DNA of 62,482 nt from an uncultured Bacilli bacterium (GTDB lineage: Bacteria > Bacillota_I > Bacilli_A > RF39 > UBA660): assembly GCA_934130045.1 (NCBI GenBank), contig CAKOXI010000005.1:1-62482 (forward strand). The letters run 5' to 3'. Made by a program: the position numbers and the translations under genes. The notes under the pieces were generated by a model, which saw only the letters and a list, made by a program, of their open reading frames with translations, did not search any database and was not told the DNA's origin. Of the stretch, positions 44,711 to 53,783 are shown piece after piece. Within the stretch, counting starts at the first letter, position 1, and every line of letters begins with the position of its first letter.

Positions 44711-46615
44711 ATGTTCTTTAAAGAATATCATAGAAGAATTAAAATAATTTTGGTAGTAATTATTTTGTTATTTATTTTAATTATAAGTAAAATATTTTAT
44801 ATTCAAGTTTTTAGTTATAAAAAATTAAATAATTATGCCAATAGTTTATGGAGTAGAAATTTACCTATAGAAGCTAATAGGGGCATAATTTATGACCGAA
44901 ATGGAGTAGTAATTGCGGATAATATAACAACAACCTCTTTGGTCATTATTCCAAATCAAATTGAAGATAAAGAAGATGTATCGAAAAAGTTAGCTGAAAT
45001 ATTAAATGTTAGTTATGATGATATGTATGCACATGTTAGTAAAAAAACTTCTATAGAAAGGGTCCATCCAGAAGGAAGAAGGCTTTCGTATGAAGTTGCG
45101 GATAAAATTGCTTCTTTAAATTTACCTGGTGTATATCTAGTAAAAGAATCAAAAAGAAATTATCCTTATGACACATACTTATCTCATACATTAGGGTTTG
45201 TTGGTATAGATAATCAAGGATTAAGTGGTTTGGAACTTATGTATAATAATGTTTTAACTGGTGAATATGGCGCTATAAAGTATTATAGTGATGCAAAGGG
45301 AAATCGACTTAATTTAAACGAGGTTTATGAAAAGCCACAAGATGGAATCAATATGACTTTAACTATAAATATGGATATCCAAAGTTCTTTGGAAAGAGAA
45401 CTTGATAATGCTATGCTAAAATATAATCCTGATCAGGCACTTGGAATAGTTATGGATCCTAAAAGTGGGGAAATTTTAGCAATTTCCTCTAGACCTAATT
45501 TTTCTCCAAGTAATTATCAAAATTATACAGTTGAAGAAATTAATAGAAATTTGCCAGTTTGGATGACATATGAACCTGGATCAACTTTTAAAATAATTAC
45601 TCTTGCAGCATCGTTAGAAGAAAAAATTGTTGATTTAGATAATGATACATTTTTTGATTCAGGGGCAGTAACTGTAGATAATGCAACACTTCACTGTTGG
45701 AAACATGGAGGACATGGAGCTCAAACTTATTTACAAGTAGTAGAAAATTCTTGCAATCCAGGATTTGTTAATTTGGGTTTAAAACTTGGTAAAGAAAAAT
45801 TATTTAACTACATAAAACAATTTGGATTTGGAACCAAAACGGGAGTTGATTTAAATGGTGAAGGTTCTGGAATAATTTTTAATTTAGATAAGGTAGGTAA
45901 TGTAGAACTTGCAACAACTGCCTTTGGTCAAGGAGTAAGTGTAACACCTATACAGCAAATAACTGCTGTTAGTGCCGCAATAAATGGTGGATATTTATAT
46001 AAACCTTATATTGTTAAAAGTCTAAATGAACCAGAAACGAATACTGTCGTTCAAGAAAATAATAAACAAATTGTAAGAAAAGTTATAAGTGAAGAAACAA
46101 GCGAAAAGGTAAGATATGCCCTAGAGAGTGTAGTTTCAAATGGTACGGGAAGACCTGCTTATATAGATGGTTACAGAGTTGGTGGAAAAACAGGTACAGC
46201 ACAAAAGGTAAAAGATGGAAGATATATGGTAGGAAATTATATTGTGTCATTTATAGGGTTTCTCCCTGCTGATGATCCACAAGTTATTGTTTATATAGCA
46301 GTCGATAATGCTAAAGGTGTTACACAATATGGTGGAACTATTGCGGCACCAATCGCCAAAACAATTTTATCTGACGCTATAACAGCATTAAATATTGATA
46401 AAAGAAGTGGTAGTACAGAAAAAAAGTATAATTATAATGATAAAAAATATATAGATGTTGCTAATGTAGTTGGAATGAATAAAAATGATGCGATTAAAAA
46501 TTTAAAATCATTTAAAGTTGAGTATACCGGTACTGGTGATACTGTAACTTATCAATCTCCTATGGCAGGTGAGAGAATTTTAGAAGGTGAAACTGTTAGG
46601 CTTTTACTTGAATGA
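44711..46615 (+). CDS. spoVD: Class B penicillin-binding protein, SpoVD-type (single C-terminal PASTA)
   Basis: SxxK (GSTFKII), SxN (SCNPG), KTG (GKTGTAQ), one PASTA domain (VANVVGMNKNDAIKNL...). Sits at the position of spoVD in the Bacillus dcw order. Confidence 0.8.
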   Translation: MFFKEYHRRIKIILVVIILLFILIISKIFYIQVFSYKKLNNYANSLWSRNLPIEANRGIIYDRNGVVIADNITTTSLVIIPNQIEDKEDVSKKLAEILNVSYDDMYAHVSKKTSIERVHPEGRRLSYEVADKIASLNLPGVYLVKESKRNYPYDTYLSHTLGFVGIDNQGLSGLELMYNNVLTGEYGAIKYYSDAKGNRLNLNEVYEKPQDGINMTLTINMDIQSSLERELDNAMLKYNPDQALGIVMDPKSGEILAISSRPNFSPSNYQNYTVEEINRNLPVWMTYEPGSTFKIITLAASLEEKIVDLDNDTFFDSGAVTVDNATLHCWKHGGHGAQTYLQVVENSCNPGFVNLGLKLGKEKLFNYIKQFGFGTKTGVDLNGEGSGIIFNLDKVGNVELATTAFGQGVSVTPIQQITAVSAAINGGYLYKPYIVKSLNEPETNTVVQENNKQIVRKVISEETSEKVRYALESVVSNGTGRPAYIDGYRVGGKTGTAQKVKDGRYMVGNYIVSFIGFLPADDPQVIVYIAVDNAKGVTQYGGTIAAPIAKTILSDAITALNIDKRSGSTEKKYNYNDKKYIDVANVVGMNKNDAIKNLKSFKVEYTGTGDTVTYQSPMAGERILEGETVRLLLE

Positions 46616-46617
46616 TA

Positions 46618-46646
46618 TTGAATTATTTTTTAATAAATGATACAAT
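46618..46646 (+). promoter_or_regulatory. Sigma-A-type promoter for the pilin-like gene
   Basis: TTGAAT (46618-46623), 17-nt spacer, TACAAT (46641-46646) with upstream TG (extended -10). Confidence 0.45.
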
Positions 46647-46669
46647 AATCTCGTTAAGGTGGGATTCTT

Positions 46670-47065
46670 ATGAAATTTCAAAAAAACGGATTTACTCTTA
46701 TTGAGGTTATGGGAGTTATAATATTACTATCAATTATTGGTCTAATAACAATTCCTATAATTACAGGAACAATGAAAAGCTCAAGAGAAAAATTATATGA
46801 AACTCAAATAGATAATTTAAAATCAGCTGCAAGACTTTATGTGATTGATCCTTTAGAAACTGATAAAGAAAATATAAAAAAACTTGAAAATGGTGAAATA
46901 GAGTCTTTTGATATAAGTTTAGATGATTTAAAAAAACAAGGTAAAATTGATAAAGATTTTGAAAACCCAAAAACTGGTGAACCTTTTAAAGATTGTATAT
47001 ATGTAAAAGTAACTACTAATGAAAATGGGATATTTGAGTATACAGTAGTTGATAATTGTAGTTAA
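46670..47065 (+). CDS. Type IV pilin-like / pseudopilin protein
   Basis: Prepilin N-terminal cleavage/methylation motif MKFQKNG|FTLIEVMGVIILLSIIGL (Glu at +5). 131 aa. Confidence 0.8.
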   Translation: MKFQKNGFTLIEVMGVIILLSIIGLITIPIITGTMKSSREKLYETQIDNLKSAARLYVIDPLETDKENIKKLENGEIESFDISLDDLKKQGKIDKDFENPKTGEPFKDCIYVKVTTNENGIFEYTVVDNCS

Positions 47066-47092
47066 AATAGTGCAAGTTGCACTATTTTTTTC
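47064..47092 (+). terminator. Intrinsic terminator inside the dcw cluster
   Basis: ATAGTGCAA (47067-47075) / TTGCACTAT (47077-47085) followed by T7. Confidence 0.7.
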
Positions 47093-47143
47093 ATATACTT
47101 TATTAGAAGTAAATATATTTTAATTTTAAAGTAGGTGGCGAAT

Positions 47144-48136
47144 ATGTTTGTACTTACGAAGTCAGTTTTAGCAATGATGATAAGTTTTATTTTAGCTGTT
47201 ATTTTTGGTATTTTTTTAATTCCATTATTAAAAAAAATGAAAGCTTCTCAAAGAATTAGTGAGTATGTAAGTGATATTCATAAGGGTAAAAATGGAACTC
47301 CTACTATGGGAGGATTAATATTTATTGTTCCTGTTTTGTTAACTATTTTTATATTATATTTTTTAGGTAAAATAGAATTTAGTTATAATTTACTTATCAT
47401 CATATTTACATTTATATCATATTCTTTAATTGGTTTTTTAGATGATTATTTAATAATAAAACGCAATAATAATAAAGGATTAACAGAAATTCAAAAATTA
47501 TTATTTCAAATAATTGTTGCTATAGTTTTCTTTTATCTATTTATGAGGGGTGGTAATGAACCATTAGTTTGGATAAGAACTCTAAATTTAAAAATAGATA
47601 TTAATTGGTTATATGGTCTATTTATTTTATTTATATTAGTTGCTAGTAGTAATGCAGTTAATATAACTGATGGATTAGATGGCTTAGCTGGTGGATTATC
47701 TGTTATTGCATTTTTAACATTTGGTATAATTTCGTGGAGTACTGGCTGGTTAGAGGGATATGAAGATATTGCAGTTTTTTGTTTTGTTTTAATTGGAGGA
47801 ATTTTAGGTTTTTTGGTTTTCAATTTAAATCCAGCTAAAGTTTTTATGGGGGATACTGGTTCTTTATCACTAGGCGCTACATTAGGCGCAGTTGCTATTA
47901 TAACAAGATATGAATTTTTACTCGTTTTGATTGGAATAGTTTTTGTAATTGAAACATTGAGTTGTATTATTCAAATTATTTATTATAAATTAACTGGAAA
48001 AAGATTTTTCCCAATGGCACCAATTCATCATAGTTTTGAAAAAATGGGATTTAAGGAAACTGATATTGTAAAAATGTTTTTATTTGTTGGACTTTTAGCC
48101 AGTATGATAGCAATTATTTTTTGTGTATGGATATAG
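47144..48136 (+). CDS. mraY: Phospho-N-acetylmuramoyl-pentapeptide transferase MraY
   Basis: GTPTMGG, NAVNITDGLDGLA, MGDTGSLSLG, PIHHSFE motifs. AGGTGG RBS before the ATG at 47144. Confidence 0.93.
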   Translation: MFVLTKSVLAMMISFILAVIFGIFLIPLLKKMKASQRISEYVSDIHKGKNGTPTMGGLIFIVPVLLTIFILYFLGKIEFSYNLLIIIFTFISYSLIGFLDDYLIIKRNNNKGLTEIQKLLFQIIVAIVFFYLFMRGGNEPLVWIRTLNLKIDINWLYGLFILFILVASSNAVNITDGLDGLAGGLSVIAFLTFGIISWSTGWLEGYEDIAVFCFVLIGGILGFLVFNLNPAKVFMGDTGSLSLGATLGAVAIITRYEFLLVLIGIVFVIETLSCIIQIIYYKLTGKRFFPMAPIHHSFEKMGFKETDIVKMFLFVGLLASMIAIIFCVWI

Positions 48137-48143
48137 GTGAAAT

Positions 48144-49235
48144 ATGAAAAAAAATAGTATAGATTGGTTACTTTTAATAGCAATTGTAGTTATATCTATT
48201 TTTGGAATAATTATGATTTATTCTGCCTCTTATGTTTGGGCTGAATATAAATTTAATGATGCATTTAAATATGTTAAACATCAAAGTTTGTTTTTTGTAA
48301 TAGGTGTATTTTTTATGATTATTATTAGTAAAATTGATTATCATATTTATTTAAAAAAGGCAAATTTAATTCTACTTGGATGTTTAATTTTACTTATTTT
48401 AGTTGCAATACCAGGTATAGGTACTGTAAGAAATGGTAGTAGAAGTTGGTTTGGTATAGGTTCATTTGGTATTCAACCAAGTGAGTTTACTAAATTAGCT
48501 CTTATTATGTTTACTTCAAAATATTTAGTTAATAATGAGAAGAATTTAAAAAATATAAAAAATGGTGTATTACCAATTTTAGGAATAACGATGCTTGTAT
48601 TTGCTCTTATTATGCTTCAACCTGATTTTGGTACAGGTACAATTATTGTTATGTCAATTGTAGGTTTATTATTTGTAGCAGGTGTTAATTTTAAATTCTT
48701 TTTTAAAATAGGTATAATCGGTGTAATAGGTGTTGTTATATTAATTGCGGTTGCACCATATAGAATGGCTAGAATAGTTTCATTTTTAAATCCTTGGAGC
48801 GATCCTTTAGGAAGTGGATTTCAAATAATTCAATCATTATATGCGATAGGTCCTGGTGGATTATTTGGATATGGTTTTTTAAATTCAAGACAAAAACATT
48901 TTTATTTACCTGAACCACAAACCGATTTTATATTTTCAATAATAAGTGAAGAATTTGGTTTTTTAGGTATTATTATTGTTGCTTCGTTATTTTTATTAAT
49001 TATTATAAGAGGATTTAGAATTTCTAGAAATTGTTCTGATATGTTTGGTAAGTATCTAACATTTGGTATTGTTTTTCAAATTGCTTTTCAAACAGTTTTA
49101 AATTTAATGGTAGTTGTAGGTCTTATTCCTGTAACGGGTGTAACTTTACCATTTCTTTCATATGGGGGCTCTAGTTTACTTATTACACTATGTAGTATGG
49201 GGATAATTCTGAATATATCTAGAAATCAAAAATAG
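48144..49235 (+). CDS. ftsW: SEDS-family peptidoglycan glycosyltransferase FtsW/SpoVE
   Basis: 363 aa polytopic. QPSEFTKL, PEPQTDFIFS, GVTLPFLSYGGSS motifs. Confidence 0.9.
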   Translation: MKKNSIDWLLLIAIVVISIFGIIMIYSASYVWAEYKFNDAFKYVKHQSLFFVIGVFFMIIISKIDYHIYLKKANLILLGCLILLILVAIPGIGTVRNGSRSWFGIGSFGIQPSEFTKLALIMFTSKYLVNNEKNLKNIKNGVLPILGITMLVFALIMLQPDFGTGTIIVMSIVGLLFVAGVNFKFFFKIGIIGVIGVVILIAVAPYRMARIVSFLNPWSDPLGSGFQIIQSLYAIGPGGLFGYGFLNSRQKHFYLPEPQTDFIFSIISEEFGFLGIIIVASLFLLIIIRGFRISRNCSDMFGKYLTFGIVFQIAFQTVLNLMVVVGLIPVTGVTLPFLSYGGSSLLITLCSMGIILNISRNQK

Positions 49236-49320
49236 GTTAAATAGTAAAACCAATGAAAGTTTTAAATTAAAATACAACAAATATGCTATAATATTGTTAT
49301 AAATTAAAAGAAGGTGCTAT

Positions 49321-50322
49321 GTGTTGAATGAAGGAAATAACAATATTAAATTAAAACCTATGATGAAAATATCCGAAATGATATCGTATTTGAAAACAAA
49401 AAATATTAAATTTGAATTAATTTCTGAAGAAAAGGCAGAAAAATATTTAAGGGATAATAACAATTATTATAATTTAACATCATATAAAAATAATTTTGTA
49501 AAATACCCAACTCCGGCAGGTAAATTTGAAGGTAAGTATCAGGATTTAGATTTTGCATATCTAAAAGATTTATCGATTATTGATCATAGAGTTAGATTGG
49601 TTTTATTTAAAATGATTATTGATATTGAACATTATTTAAAAATTAGAATTTTGAATATAGTTGAAAATATTGATGAAGAGGATGGATATAGAGCAGTAAA
49701 TTTATATTTAGAAAAAGATTTTAATGATAAAAAAAGAGTTCATAATAGTATATTTAAAAAAGTTGGTAGTGAATATTATGAAAAAATATTTTCTAATTAT
49801 GATCTTGATGAAGATAAAAAACTTGAGAATATTCCTATATGGGAATTTTTGGAGATTATAACTTTTGGGGAATTGATTAGTTTTTATGAATTTTTTAGTA
49901 AAAAATATAATTTAATAGATGAAAGTGAAAATATATTTATTTTGAGGGAAGTAGGAAAATTAAGAAACGCAGTGGCACATAATTCTTGTGTTTTATCAGA
50001 ACTTAATAAAAAGGATAATCCATATCCACCAGATCATAAAATAACTCAATTTTTAAAAGAATGCGGTATTGAAAAAGAAATGAGAAAAAACAAACTCAGT
50101 AATTCGAGAATTAGACAAATTACATATACATTATATATGTTTAATAAAATTGTGACTAGTGAAGGAATAAAAAAGAACATTAGGACTGATATTAATGAAT
50201 TATTTTTTGAAAGAATAATTTATCATAAAGAATACTATAATAATAATGAACTATTGAAATCGATATATTTTTATTTTAAAAGTATTTTAGAAAAAAAATA
50301 TAGTGAATTTGTTAATCAATAG
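49321..50322 (+). CDS. Abi_2 (AbiD/AbiF-like) abortive-infection family protein with HEPN-type Rx4H motif
   Basis: N-terminal ISEMISYLKTKNI...AEKYLRDNNNYYNLTSY and KLRNAVAHNS (R-x4-H), both typical of the Abi_2 family. GTG start with AGAAGGTG RBS. Confidence 0.7.
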   Translation: MLNEGNNNIKLKPMMKISEMISYLKTKNIKFELISEEKAEKYLRDNNNYYNLTSYKNNFVKYPTPAGKFEGKYQDLDFAYLKDLSIIDHRVRLVLFKMIIDIEHYLKIRILNIVENIDEEDGYRAVNLYLEKDFNDKKRVHNSIFKKVGSEYYEKIFSNYDLDEDKKLENIPIWEFLEIITFGELISFYEFFSKKYNLIDESENIFILREVGKLRNAVAHNSCVLSELNKKDNPYPPDHKITQFLKECGIEKEMRKNKLSNSRIRQITYTLYMFNKIVTSEGIKKNIRTDINELFFERIIYHKEYYNNNELLKSIYFYFKSILEKKYSEFVNQ

Positions 50323-50323
50323 T

Positions 50324-50352
50324 TTGACATAAGTATATATTTGTGATATATT
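50324..50352 (+). promoter_or_regulatory. Near-consensus sigma-A promoter with no protein gene behind it
   Basis: TTGACA (50324-50329), 17-nt spacer, TG-n-TATATT (50344-50352). Begins 2 nt after the abi stop codon. Confidence 0.55.
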
Positions 50353-50357
50353 ACTTG

Positions 50358-50422
50358 TGCAAGGAAAAAATGTTAAATCATTTTTGCAAGGGCACTATCT
50401 AGCGGTAGAGCCCTATTTTTAT
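50358..50422 (+). ncRNA. Candidate ~65-nt small transcript (promoter-to-terminator unit)
   Basis: Two hairpins: AAAAATG/CATTTTT (50365-50371 / 50379-50385), and a 10-bp terminator stem GGGCACTATC/GGTAGAGCCC (50390-50413; one A.A mismatch, one G.U pair) followed by TATTTTTA. Also contains a 10-codon micro-ORF (50370-50402). Confidence 0.3.
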
Positions 50423-50635
50423 TAATAAAAAAATAAATATTTTTGATCGCCATTTATAAATGTAATTGGTATAAAAAATTATTTTTAAAATTTTGTATAG
50501 AATAATTTATCTATTTGGTGATAAAATTTGGTAATAAGTGATATTATGTAACAAATGTTGAAATCAAAAATAATGTAATTATTTTATCAAATATTAAAAA
50601 ATAATGTATAATATAGTTATAAGGATGTTGATAAT

Positions 50636-51442
50636 ATGAAAAAAAGAATTGTTGCTTATATATTGGATATTATTTTGATTTCAATGATTTCAAGTTTAAT
50701 AAGTAGTATTCCATTTATTAATAAGGATTATAATGAATATCGTAATACATATGGTGAATATTCAGATAAAGTTCAAGATTTTAACAATTTAAAAAATGAT
50801 TTTAATGATTATTCAAGTGATTATGAAATTAGTTTAGAGGAATATGAAAAGCTAACAAATGATTATCCAAGTTATGCAGATTATTTTAAGAATAAGTATG
50901 AAGAATTAAATCTTTCTAATGAAAAATTAGATGATGATATGAAAAATACTATTATACTAGATATTATTAATATAAATAATGATATTTTTAATGATTATGC
51001 CTATAAACTTGCAAAATTAGAGATTATACCATCTATAATTAATATTGTTTGTATTATTGTTTATTTTGTTTTTGTACAATATTTCTTAAATGGTCAAACA
51101 TTAGGAAAAAGGATTCTTAATATAAAGGTTGTTAGAAAAAATAATGAAAAAGCATCAATATTAAATTTATTTATTAGAACTATAATTTTAATGGGAACAA
51201 TATTTACAGTTTGTAATTTAATTTGTTTACAGTTGTTAAGTAAAACAGATTATTTAAATATAAATTTTTATATTTCTTGTGCATCAAATATATGTTCATT
51301 TGCTATAATAGCAGTTCTTTATATTAATAAAGGTGAAGTGGGATTACATGATTTAATTGGTAATACAAAAGTTGTACCAATTGATAATAATTTAGATAGT
51401 GCTAAAATAATTGAATCTAGTGATAATAACATAAATTGTTAA
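50636..51442 (+). CDS. RDD-family membrane protein
   Basis: KRIVAYILDIILISMI at the N-terminus; GQTLGKRILNIKVV and GLHDLIGNTKVV, typical RDD-domain features. Confidence 0.7.
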   Translation: MKKRIVAYILDIILISMISSLISSIPFINKDYNEYRNTYGEYSDKVQDFNNLKNDFNDYSSDYEISLEEYEKLTNDYPSYADYFKNKYEELNLSNEKLDDDMKNTIILDIININNDIFNDYAYKLAKLEIIPSIINIVCIIVYFVFVQYFLNGQTLGKRILNIKVVRKNNEKASILNLFIRTIILMGTIFTVCNLICLQLLSKTDYLNINFYISCASNICSFAIIAVLYINKGEVGLHDLIGNTKVVPIDNNLDSAKIIESSDNNINC

Positions 51443-51475
51443 TTAATTTGAGAATTTAAATAATAATTAATCTTG

Positions 51476-51508
51476 ATAAACGAATATAAATCGTTTATTA
51501 TTTTTTTT
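51476..51508 (+). terminator. Intrinsic terminator
   Basis: ATAAACGA (51476-51483) / TCGTTTAT (51491-51498) followed by T8. Confidence 0.7.
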
Positions 51509-51567
51509 AAATATGGTATAATACTTGTGTTTTACCGTTAAAATAGTTATACCTAGAAGGAGATTAG

Positions 51568-52020
51568 ATGAAATTTATAAATAATTTAGTTAAATTTATG
51601 TATGGTAGATATGGGATAGATAATTTACATAAATTTTGTTTATGGCTTTATATTTTTATTGTTATAGTAAATATTTTTTTACACAGTAATATATTAATAT
51701 ATATAGAAATTATTATATTTATTATAGTAATTTATCGTATGTTTTCTAAAAATATATATAGAAGAAATTTGGAAAATCAAATGTATTTAAAATTTAAAAA
51801 AATATTATTGAAACCATTTAATAATATTAAAAGAAATTTTTTAGATAGAAAAAAATATGTATATAAAAAGTGTCATAAATGTAAAACTACTTTAAGGTTA
51901 CCAATACCTTATAAAAGAGGTGTTAACCATGTTATTTGTCCTGAATGTAAAAATAGAATTACCTGTTTTTCTTTAAGACGAAAAAAAATAGAAATTATAA
52001 GAAACAAGAAAGGAAAGTAA
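51568..52020 (+). CDS. Small membrane protein with C-terminal zinc ribbon
   Basis: 150 aa. One or two TM helices, then CHKCKTTL...CPECKNRI. Confidence 0.5.
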   Translation: MKFINNLVKFMYGRYGIDNLHKFCLWLYIFIVIVNIFLHSNILIYIEIIIFIIVIYRMFSKNIYRRNLENQMYLKFKKILLKPFNNIKRNFLDRKKYVYKKCHKCKTTLRLPIPYKRGVNHVICPECKNRITCFSLRRKKIEIIRNKKGK

Positions 52021-52022
52021 GT

Positions 52023-53783
52023 ATGTTTAAGTTGTTTAAAAATTTTAATAAAAAAGATTTATTAATTATAATATTATGTATTATATTTGTTGTTATTCAA
52101 GTTTGGCTTGACTTAAAATTACCTGATTATATGTCTAGTATTACGCGTCTTGTTCAAACTGAAGGAAGTAGTATGAATGAAATTATTTTGCAAGGTGTTT
52201 ATATGCTACTTTGTGCATTTGGTAGTTTATTATCAGCCATTTGTGTAGGATATATGTCATCTCTACTTTCAGCAAATTTTTCAAAAATACTTAGAAAAAA
52301 AATCTTTAATAAAGTTGAAGATTTTGGAACTGAAGAAATAAAAAAATTCTCAACTAGTAGTTTAATAACTAGAACAACTAATGATGTTACACAAATAGAG
52401 ATGCTTATTTCTATGGGATTACAATTATTAATTAAAGCACCTATTATGGCTGTATGGGCAATTAGTAAAATTTTAAATAAGAGTATTGAGTGGAGTGCAC
52501 TAACGGGAGTAGGTGTTGTTGTCCTTTTAGCAACAATAATAACAATAATGCTAATTGTTTTACCTAGATTTGAAATAGTTCAAAAATTAATCGATAAAGT
52601 AAATGGTGTTACTCGTGAAAATTTAATGGGTATTAGAGTTGTTAGAGCATTTAATGCTGAAAAATTTGAGGAAGAAAGATTTGATAAAGTAAATTGCGAA
52701 TTAACTAATACTCAATTATTTAATCAAAAATGTTTCGCAATTTTAAATCCAATGATGAATATTGTTATGCATTTTTTAACACTTGGAATTTATTTTATTG
52801 GCGCTATATTAATTGAAAAATCTTTAATGTCAGATAAAATAACATTATTTAGTGATATGGTAGTTTTCTCAAGTTATGGTATGCAGGTTATTATGTCATT
52901 TTTAATGCTTGCAATGATTTTTATGATGTGGCCAAGAGCTCAAGTTTCGGCAAAACGTATTAATGAAGTACTTGATTCAAGCATTTCAATAATTGATGGA
53001 AATTATTCTGATGCTGGTTTAGAAAAGGGAACAGTAGAATTTAAGAATGTTTCATTTAAATATCCTGATGCAGATGAATATTTACTTAAAAATATTTCAT
53101 TTAAAGTAAATAAGGGTGAAACTATTGCGTTTATTGGTTCAACAGGAAGTGGTAAATCAACACTTATAAATTTAGTTCCAAGATTTTATGATGTAACTGA
53201 TGGAGAAATTTTAGTTGACGGAATTAATGTTAAAGAATATAAGGGTGAGGTTTTACATAATAAAATAGGTTATGTACCACAAAAGGCAGTTATGTTTACT
53301 GGAACCGTTTTCTATAATGTTGCTTATGGTGAGGCAGCTGAAAAAGATATATCTTTAGATAAGGTAAAAAAAGCAATAGAAGTTGCGCAGGGAACTGATT
53401 TTGTTGAAAAAATGGAAAATACTTATGAAGCTCATATTGCTCGTGGCGGAACAAATGTATCTGGTGGTCAAAAACAAAGACTTGCGATTGCTCGTGCTAT
53501 AGCAAAAGATCCAGAAATTTATATTTTTGATGATTCATTTTCAGCTCTAGATTATAAAACAGATTCAATTTTACGTCGTGAATTAAAAAAATATACAAAA
53601 GATGCTACAAGTATGATTGTAGCTCAAAGAATTGGTACAATTATAAATGCTGATAAAATTGTTGTTTTAGATAAAGGAGAATGTGTAGGAATTGGAACAC
53701 ATAAAGAATTATTAAAGAGTTGTGAAGTTTATAAAGAGATTGCTTTATCACAACTTTCAAAGGAGGAGTTAGAAAATGCCTAG
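52023..53783 (+). CDS. ABC exporter subunit (fused permease-ATPase), degenerate-site half
   Basis: Six-TM domain plus NBD. Walker A GSTGSGKST, signature VSGGQKQR, Walker B IYIFDDS (Asp where the catalytic Glu normally sits). Confidence 0.88.
   Translation: MFKLFKNFNKKDLLIIILCIIFVVIQVWLDLKLPDYMSSITRLVQTEGSSMNEIILQGVYMLLCAFGSLLSAICVGYMSSLLSANFSKILRKKIFNKVEDFGTEEIKKFSTSSLITRTTNDVTQIEMLISMGLQLLIKAPIMAVWAISKILNKSIEWSALTGVGVVVLLATIITIMLIVLPRFEIVQKLIDKVNGVTRENLMGIRVVRAFNAEKFEEERFDKVNCELTNTQLFNQKCFAILNPMMNIVMHFLTLGIYFIGAILIEKSLMSDKITLFSDMVVFSSYGMQVIMSFLMLAMIFMMWPRAQVSAKRINEVLDSSISIIDGNYSDAGLEKGTVEFKNVSFKYPDADEYLLKNISFKVNKGETIAFIGSTGSGKSTLINLVPRFYDVTDGEILVDGINVKEYKGEVLHNKIGYVPQKAVMFTGTVFYNVAYGEAAEKDISLDKVKKAIEVAQGTDFVEKMENTYEAHIARGGTNVSGGQKQRLAIARAIAKDPEIYIFDDSFSALDYKTDSILRRELKKYTKDATSMIVAQRIGTIINADKIVVLDKGECVGIGTHKELLKSCEVYKEIALSQLSKEELENA

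Noticed and set aside
50370-50402. A 10-codon ORF (MLNHFCKGTI) inside the orphan transcript, considered as a leader peptide for attenuation of the downstream RDD gene.
   Set aside because: The next gene is about 230 bp away and has its own extended -10 promoter. No alternative antiterminator pairing was evident. It is kept only as a note within the sRNA candidate.
50430-50635. Short reiterated TTGGT(G/A)ATAA-like words in the AT-rich spacer upstream of the RDD gene.
   Set aside because: The copies are imperfect, irregularly spaced, and of a kind expected by chance in sequence this AT-rich.
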